Below the pieces are notes generated by a model. It did no database searches and was not told the origin of the DNA. It was given only the letters and a program-made list of their open reading frames with translations. From Pseudobdellovibrionaceae bacterium (lineage in GTDB: Bacteria > Bdellovibrionota > Bdellovibrionia > Bdellovibrionales > Bdellovibrionaceae), in contig JBDHWW010000049.1 of assembly GCA_039810425.1 (NCBI GenBank), forward strand, positions 1-20,917: a stretch of 20,917 bases of DNA, read 5' to 3'. Shown one piece after another: positions 16,359 through 20,917 of the stretch (position 1 is the first letter of the stretch; each line of letters begins with the position of its first letter). The translations under genes and the position numbers were made by a program.

Positions 16359-17927
16359 ATGCCGGCCCATCCCCAAAAAGACATCCTGTTAGTGACTCTC
16401 AATTCGACGTACCAGCACTGTGCCTTTGGGCTTCGTTATTTGTACGCGAACCTTGGCGGTTTACAGCCGCGCGCGCAAATTCTGGAGTGGACAATCCACG
16501 CGAGCCCTCGCAATGTCGTTGAAAAAATCCTGAGCTTTGAGCCGAAAATTGTGGGCTTCGGTGTGTATATCTGGAATACCACGGAGATCTTCCAGGTCGT
16601 TTCCGTTCTCAAGAAAGTTGCGCCTCACTTAACGGTGGTCTTGGGCGGTCCCGAAGTTTCTCACGAAACCGAGAAGCAGGCGATCTGCCAAACGGCGGAC
16701 TACGTCATCAAGGGCGAAGCGGATTTTCTTTTCCGTGAGTTCTGCGAAAAACTTCTGATCCAAAATGAAAAGCCCGAGCAAAAGTTCTACGGTGGCGCTT
16801 TGCCTGATATTACGAAGATTCAATCGCCGTATGGTTTCTATACCGAGGACGATATTAAAAACCGCATCATCTACGTTGAAGTGTCACGCGGTTGTCCTTA
16901 CAAGTGCGAGTACTGTTTGTCGTCGCTGGATAAGCTCGTGCGCAGCTTTGGTCTTGAACAATTTCTTTCAGATATCGAGAGCCTTATCCGGCGTGGGACA
17001 AGACAGTTTAAGTTTGTCGATCGGACCTTCAACCTCAGCGTTCAAACCAGTAGCCGGATCTTACAATTCTTTTTGGATCGTGTTGACTTGGGTTTATTCC
17101 TGCACTTTGAAATGGTACCGGATCGTTTGCCACCAGAATTGAAAGAGCTGATTAAGAAATTCCCCGCCGGGTCGTTGCAATTTGAAGTCGGTATTCAAAC
17201 TTGGAATCCAGAAGTGGCAAAGAACGTCAGTCGCCGCAATGACTATGGTAAAGTTCGCGAGAATTTCAAATTCCTTTCGCTTGAAAGCGGAGTGCACACG
17301 CACGCCGATCTCATCGTCGGCCTTCCGGGTGAAACAGTAAAAAGCTTTGGCGCTGGTTTTGATGAACTTGCTTCTTGTGGGCCACATGAGATTCAAGTGG
17401 GAATTCTTAAACGCCTCAAGGGCGCGCCGATCGTTCGCCACGACCGCGAGTTTGAGATGACTTACCAAGAACATCCACCGTTTCAAATCCTCAGAAATAA
17501 AGATGTTTCCTACTCTGAAATGCAGCAGATGAACCGTTTTGCCAAGTTCTGGGACCTGATTGCAAACAGTGGTAACTTTGTGAACACCACGGAATGGTTG
17601 CGCGAACAATCGCGCACGCGCGAAGATAAATCTTTTTTTTGGGAATTCTATACACTCAGTAATTTTTTGAGCCAGCGGTTTGCCGAGACTCACAGTATTG
17701 CGCTCCAAACGCTGTTAGAAGCGCTTTGGATATACCTTACGGAAGTAAAGCTTCAGGACAGGGGGGCTGTGCGTGACTTGCTGCTCAGTGATTATATGCG
17801 CGATAAGCCTCGTAATATTCCGAACTTCTTGCGTGATGGCTTGGGCGACACGGCCTATCAGTTGCACCAGAAGACTCAAAACGCAAATTCAGCGCCGGAA
17901 CGTCAGCAACGCCATATGCATAAATAG
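16359..17927 (+). CDS. B12-binding-domain radical SAM protein (DUF4080-like C-terminus)
   Basis: N-terminal cobalamin-binding Rossmann region (GVYIWN, VLGGPE, GEAD); SRGCPYKCEYC (CxxxCxxC); KFVDRTFN, EVGIQT, DLIVGLPGE. Confidence 0.9.
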   Translation: MPAHPQKDILLVTLNSTYQHCAFGLRYLYANLGGLQPRAQILEWTIHASPRNVVEKILSFEPKIVGFGVYIWNTTEIFQVVSVLKKVAPHLTVVLGGPEVSHETEKQAICQTADYVIKGEADFLFREFCEKLLIQNEKPEQKFYGGALPDITKIQSPYGFYTEDDIKNRIIYVEVSRGCPYKCEYCLSSLDKLVRSFGLEQFLSDIESLIRRGTRQFKFVDRTFNLSVQTSSRILQFFLDRVDLGLFLHFEMVPDRLPPELKELIKKFPAGSLQFEVGIQTWNPEVAKNVSRRNDYGKVRENFKFLSLESGVHTHADLIVGLPGETVKSFGAGFDELASCGPHEIQVGILKRLKGAPIVRHDREFEMTYQEHPPFQILRNKDVSYSEMQQMNRFAKFWDLIANSGNFVNTTEWLREQSRTREDKSFFWEFYTLSNFLSQRFAETHSIALQTLLEALWIYLTEVKLQDRGAVRDLLLSDYMRDKPRNIPNFLRDGLGDTAYQLHQKTQNANSAPERQQRHMHK

Positions 17928-18110
17928 CCGTCGAATTCCGCGTATGTTTCAATGTCCATGAAAAATCTATCTGGTCAATGGCGATACGGTTGACGGGCCT
18001 GACGCTTGGTTGGCCCGGGCCTCTTATTCACCGCAAGCATAGTAATTAGAAAAACATACAGTGGAGGAATCTGGCCGAAACATGTAAAACATTTGGATCT
18101 CGGAGGTTTC

Positions 18111-19319
18111 ATGAAGTTCTTCGTATTAACAGCGACCTTGATGCTGGCGCTTGCGGCAGAGGCACGTATTCAGGTTCTTTTCCACCCGCATGATCCAACT
18201 CTTGAGGAGATTGCCAGTTGCATTGCGAATGCAAAATCCACTGTCGATATCGCGATGTACAACATGGATGTCACGGATCAGTCTCCGGTTATACAAACCT
18301 TGAAATCTCCAGAAGTTCAAAAGCGCATTCAGTCCGGTGATCTTCGCATTCGCATGATTTTGGAACTTTATGCAACCCCGGAACTGAACGATAAAAAGCG
18401 CCAGGCCGTTGAAGACCTCGGCATTGATGTCCGTTACTTGGGTAAGACCGTAAAGGTTCATCACAAGTTTGCCGTGATCGACGCCGGTGGAGCTTTGGAC
18501 CGTGTCATCACAGGCAGCGCAAACTGGTCTGTGTCTTCTTACAAAAACTATAACGAGAATATTTTGTTTTTTACCCAAGAGCCGGAAGTGACTTCTCGCT
18601 ATCAGTTTGAGTTCAACCGTCTGTGGGATGCCTCAAATGAATTCGGCGTCGCAAAGAACTATCCGGACGTTCCTGTGCCGTCGTATAAAGATCAGCCGGA
18701 TATCGACGTCTATTTCAACTCGCCAAAAACGATCGATCCAACTTCGACCGAGCCGAGCAACATCACGGAACAAATCGTCGTCTTGATCAGGGGCGCGAAG
18801 AGCAGCCTGCAAATCGCGACAACTCGTGTGCGTTTGCAACCAGTCATGGAAGAACTGCTGGCGGCTGCGCAACGTGGGGTGAAAGCACAGATCGTCATCA
18901 GTCAGGATGATTTCTCTCAACTGCAGCCACGTGCGATGTACTTGCTGAATAATCCGAATATTCAGCTCAGAATTAAGTTCTATAACTTGAACGTCGGTAA
19001 TTATCTGACCTACCAAATGCATAACAAGTTTATGATCGTAGACGGCCAAACATTGGAGGCCGGTTCTTTCAACTGGTCTGATAGCAGCGAGAACGGTCAC
19101 ATTGAGAATGTTGTTGTTTTAAGAAACGAGGCGGCCCAACAAGTTTTGCCCGCATATCAAAAAGAATTTGCGGATATTTGGGACATGGGGCGTGCGCAGT
19201 ATGCGGCCACGCTCGATTCTTTGCAGAAGGGCCAGCACCCGGAGTGCGTGATTCCGCAAATGGTTCTTTCGCAGCCAGAAATCCGCCAACTTTTGAATTA
19301 CGGCCGCGACTGCAAATAG
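18111..19319 (+). CDS. Secreted phospholipase D-superfamily protein with two HKD (Nuc-like) domains
   Basis: GGAGG RBS at 18102-18106, ATG at 18111, signal peptide MKFFVLTATLMLALAAEA; HHKFAVID...TGSANWS and HNKFMIVD...AGSFNWS. Confidence 0.9.
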   Translation: MKFFVLTATLMLALAAEARIQVLFHPHDPTLEEIASCIANAKSTVDIAMYNMDVTDQSPVIQTLKSPEVQKRIQSGDLRIRMILELYATPELNDKKRQAVEDLGIDVRYLGKTVKVHHKFAVIDAGGALDRVITGSANWSVSSYKNYNENILFFTQEPEVTSRYQFEFNRLWDASNEFGVAKNYPDVPVPSYKDQPDIDVYFNSPKTIDPTSTEPSNITEQIVVLIRGAKSSLQIATTRVRLQPVMEELLAAAQRGVKAQIVISQDDFSQLQPRAMYLLNNPNIQLRIKFYNLNVGNYLTYQMHNKFMIVDGQTLEAGSFNWSDSSENGHIENVVVLRNEAAQQVLPAYQKEFADIWDMGRAQYAATLDSLQKGQHPECVIPQMVLSQPEIRQLLNYGRDCK

Positions 19320-19366
19320 ACCTCTTGAAGGTTGTTTCAGGCGCCTTTTCGTAATAGCCTTGAAAG

Positions 19367-20146
19367 ATGATTCTCGAATGGCTTTCTTATTTAAGAACTC
19401 AAGGCAGCAAAACTGCCAAAGACTGGGGGTACGTTTATCAGAATGTATCCCTTCGGTTTCGTGCCAGCCGCTGTGCTAAAGCATGGCGGCCGCATGTCGA
19501 TGCTTCCCATCGGTTTATTCAAGACCATTTTGAGAAAATCAATCCGCGCACGATCTTGATTATTGGCAGTGGTATTTTGCTGGAAATTCCCATGGACACA
19601 CTTTTAGCTAAGGCGGAAAAGATCTATTTGGTGGACCTGGTTCACTCACGCCCCGTGCGGGAGCTCGCTCGCCAGAATCCCAAGGTCGAGTTGATTGAGC
19701 GTGATATTTCTAGTTTGCTGGGAATACTCAATAAAGGCACCGGGCCTTTTCAGCTTAAGAATATTCCTTGGAAGCAATTGCCGCCATGGGATTTGCCGCA
19801 AGCCGATTGGGTGATTTCAGCAAACTTGTTGTCGCAAATACCGTTGATGATTTCAGAAGCGCTGCCGATGGCGACAGAGACTTACGAAAAGTTCGCAAGA
19901 TCCGTTCGCGATCAGCACATTGAGAGGCTTTTTGAACAAGCGCCGAAAATTTTGCTTTTTGCCGACTTTGAAACCCGTTACATTGATCGCGCCGGTGAGC
20001 TGATCAAGTGTGAAGGTTACGAGGCGAATCTGCGCGGATTGAAGTATGACCGCGAGTGGCTGTGGGAAATCGCGCCTTATGGCGAGACCTCAAAAGATTA
20101 TAAAATTGAAATGCGGGTCAAGGGGTATTTTAACGAATCCCTTTAA
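19367..20146 (+). CDS. Hypothetical protein with a class I SAM-methyltransferase-like Rossmann motif
   Basis: 259-aa ORF; ILIIGSG followed by YLVD, ERDI and DWVISAN in methyltransferase motif order. Confidence 0.6.
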   Translation: MILEWLSYLRTQGSKTAKDWGYVYQNVSLRFRASRCAKAWRPHVDASHRFIQDHFEKINPRTILIIGSGILLEIPMDTLLAKAEKIYLVDLVHSRPVRELARQNPKVELIERDISSLLGILNKGTGPFQLKNIPWKQLPPWDLPQADWVISANLLSQIPLMISEALPMATETYEKFARSVRDQHIERLFEQAPKILLFADFETRYIDRAGELIKCEGYEANLRGLKYDREWLWEIAPYGETSKDYKIEMRVKGYFNESL

Positions 20147-20234
20147 GCCCTAGGTCTTGTTGACTCAATTTGTTTGCTTGCTTGGAATCATGGTTTCTTA
20201 TGATATGTTAGTAACAACATTATAAGAGGTCTCA

Positions 20235-20885
20235 ATGAAAATCGTATCCATCTTAGTTTCTATCATGGTGACTGGCATATTCGCTCTTGCCGCCACTGAC
20301 GATTACCAACAACTTGATTTAGCAAGGTCTACTCCTACTTTTGAAGAGATGACACTCGTGGCTTCAAATACGGAAGAAGGCACGACAGGCATTCAGCTAA
20401 TGCAAGCTCCTGAGCAGCAGCCTGCGTTTGGTAAAGAGACTTCGACTTGGAATTTCAACTTAGGTATGAGCGAGTTTGACTACAGCTCGGAGCTTACAAC
20501 CGGTGCGAAGGGCAAAGGCCTTTCTTTTGAGATCCAAAAAAGATTTTGGGATATGTTCTATGCCGGCGTTGCTTCCACGAACTATACAACGGAGGTGGCA
20601 ACAGTTGATATACAAGGCCAGAATTTTTCTAAAATAAAGTCCGCGATGAACATAGGCACGGTGTCTTTGGAAGCTCACATGATCCGTTTGCCACTGCCAG
20701 GGCGCTCTGAATTCTTTGGTGCTGTAAATACGGGTTTGATGGCGCCATTGAATAGCGTCAACAGCGAGAACATTGTTGGTTCAAACTACTTCTTCGGTGC
20801 GGGCATCGGTATCAACATTAGCAACCAAATCGGCCTTCGTGGAGAAATTTTGGAAAGTTGTGGACGGCTGACAAAAGAAACATAG
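20235..20885 (+). CDS. Outer-membrane beta-barrel-like protein, C-terminus probably disrupted
   Basis: AAGAGGT RBS; signal peptide; alternating beta-strand pattern (WNFNLG, LSFEI, FYAGV, YFFGAGIGINI, IGLRGEI); ends without a terminal aromatic strand. Confidence 0.65.
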   Translation: MKIVSILVSIMVTGIFALAATDDYQQLDLARSTPTFEEMTLVASNTEEGTTGIQLMQAPEQQPAFGKETSTWNFNLGMSEFDYSSELTTGAKGKGLSFEIQKRFWDMFYAGVASTNYTTEVATVDIQGQNFSKIKSAMNIGTVSLEAHMIRLPLPGRSEFFGAVNTGLMAPLNSVNSENIVGSNYFFGAGIGINISNQIGLRGEILESCGRLTKET

Positions 20886-20917
20886 CGGCATAACCTTGTT
20901 GGTGCATAAACCAACCC

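Overview
Gene-dense chromosomal segment whose gene content and style suggest a Bdellovibrionales-like predatory bacterium (inference, not a taxonomic search). Gene order: dsbD(-), motA-motB(+), TorF/Gcw_chp-type porin(-), DEDDh exonuclease-WYL fusion(+), LspA fused to a 2TM-HAMP-like module(-), dacB, SLT lytic transglycosylase, secreted EEP-family hydrolase and a CxxCH lipoprotein (all +), M14 carboxypeptidase(-), PilZ(-), folA-thyA(-), B12/radical-SAM(+), secreted tandem-HKD PLD(+), a methyltransferase-like hypothetical(+) and an apparently truncated outer-membrane beta-barrel(+). I see no rRNA, tRNA, CRISPR array, transposase or reverse transcriptase. The most unusual non-coding signal is a two-copy structured element at about 63-176 and 3959-4200. 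Both copies share a 33/35-nt-identical hairpin+T-tract core, a TTC(A)GCGTGG motif, and long-range inverted arms that differ between copies but remain complementary within each; the arms overlap the stop codons of neighbouring genes. Three sigma28-like promoter motifs (dsbD, motA, pilZ) are also visible.
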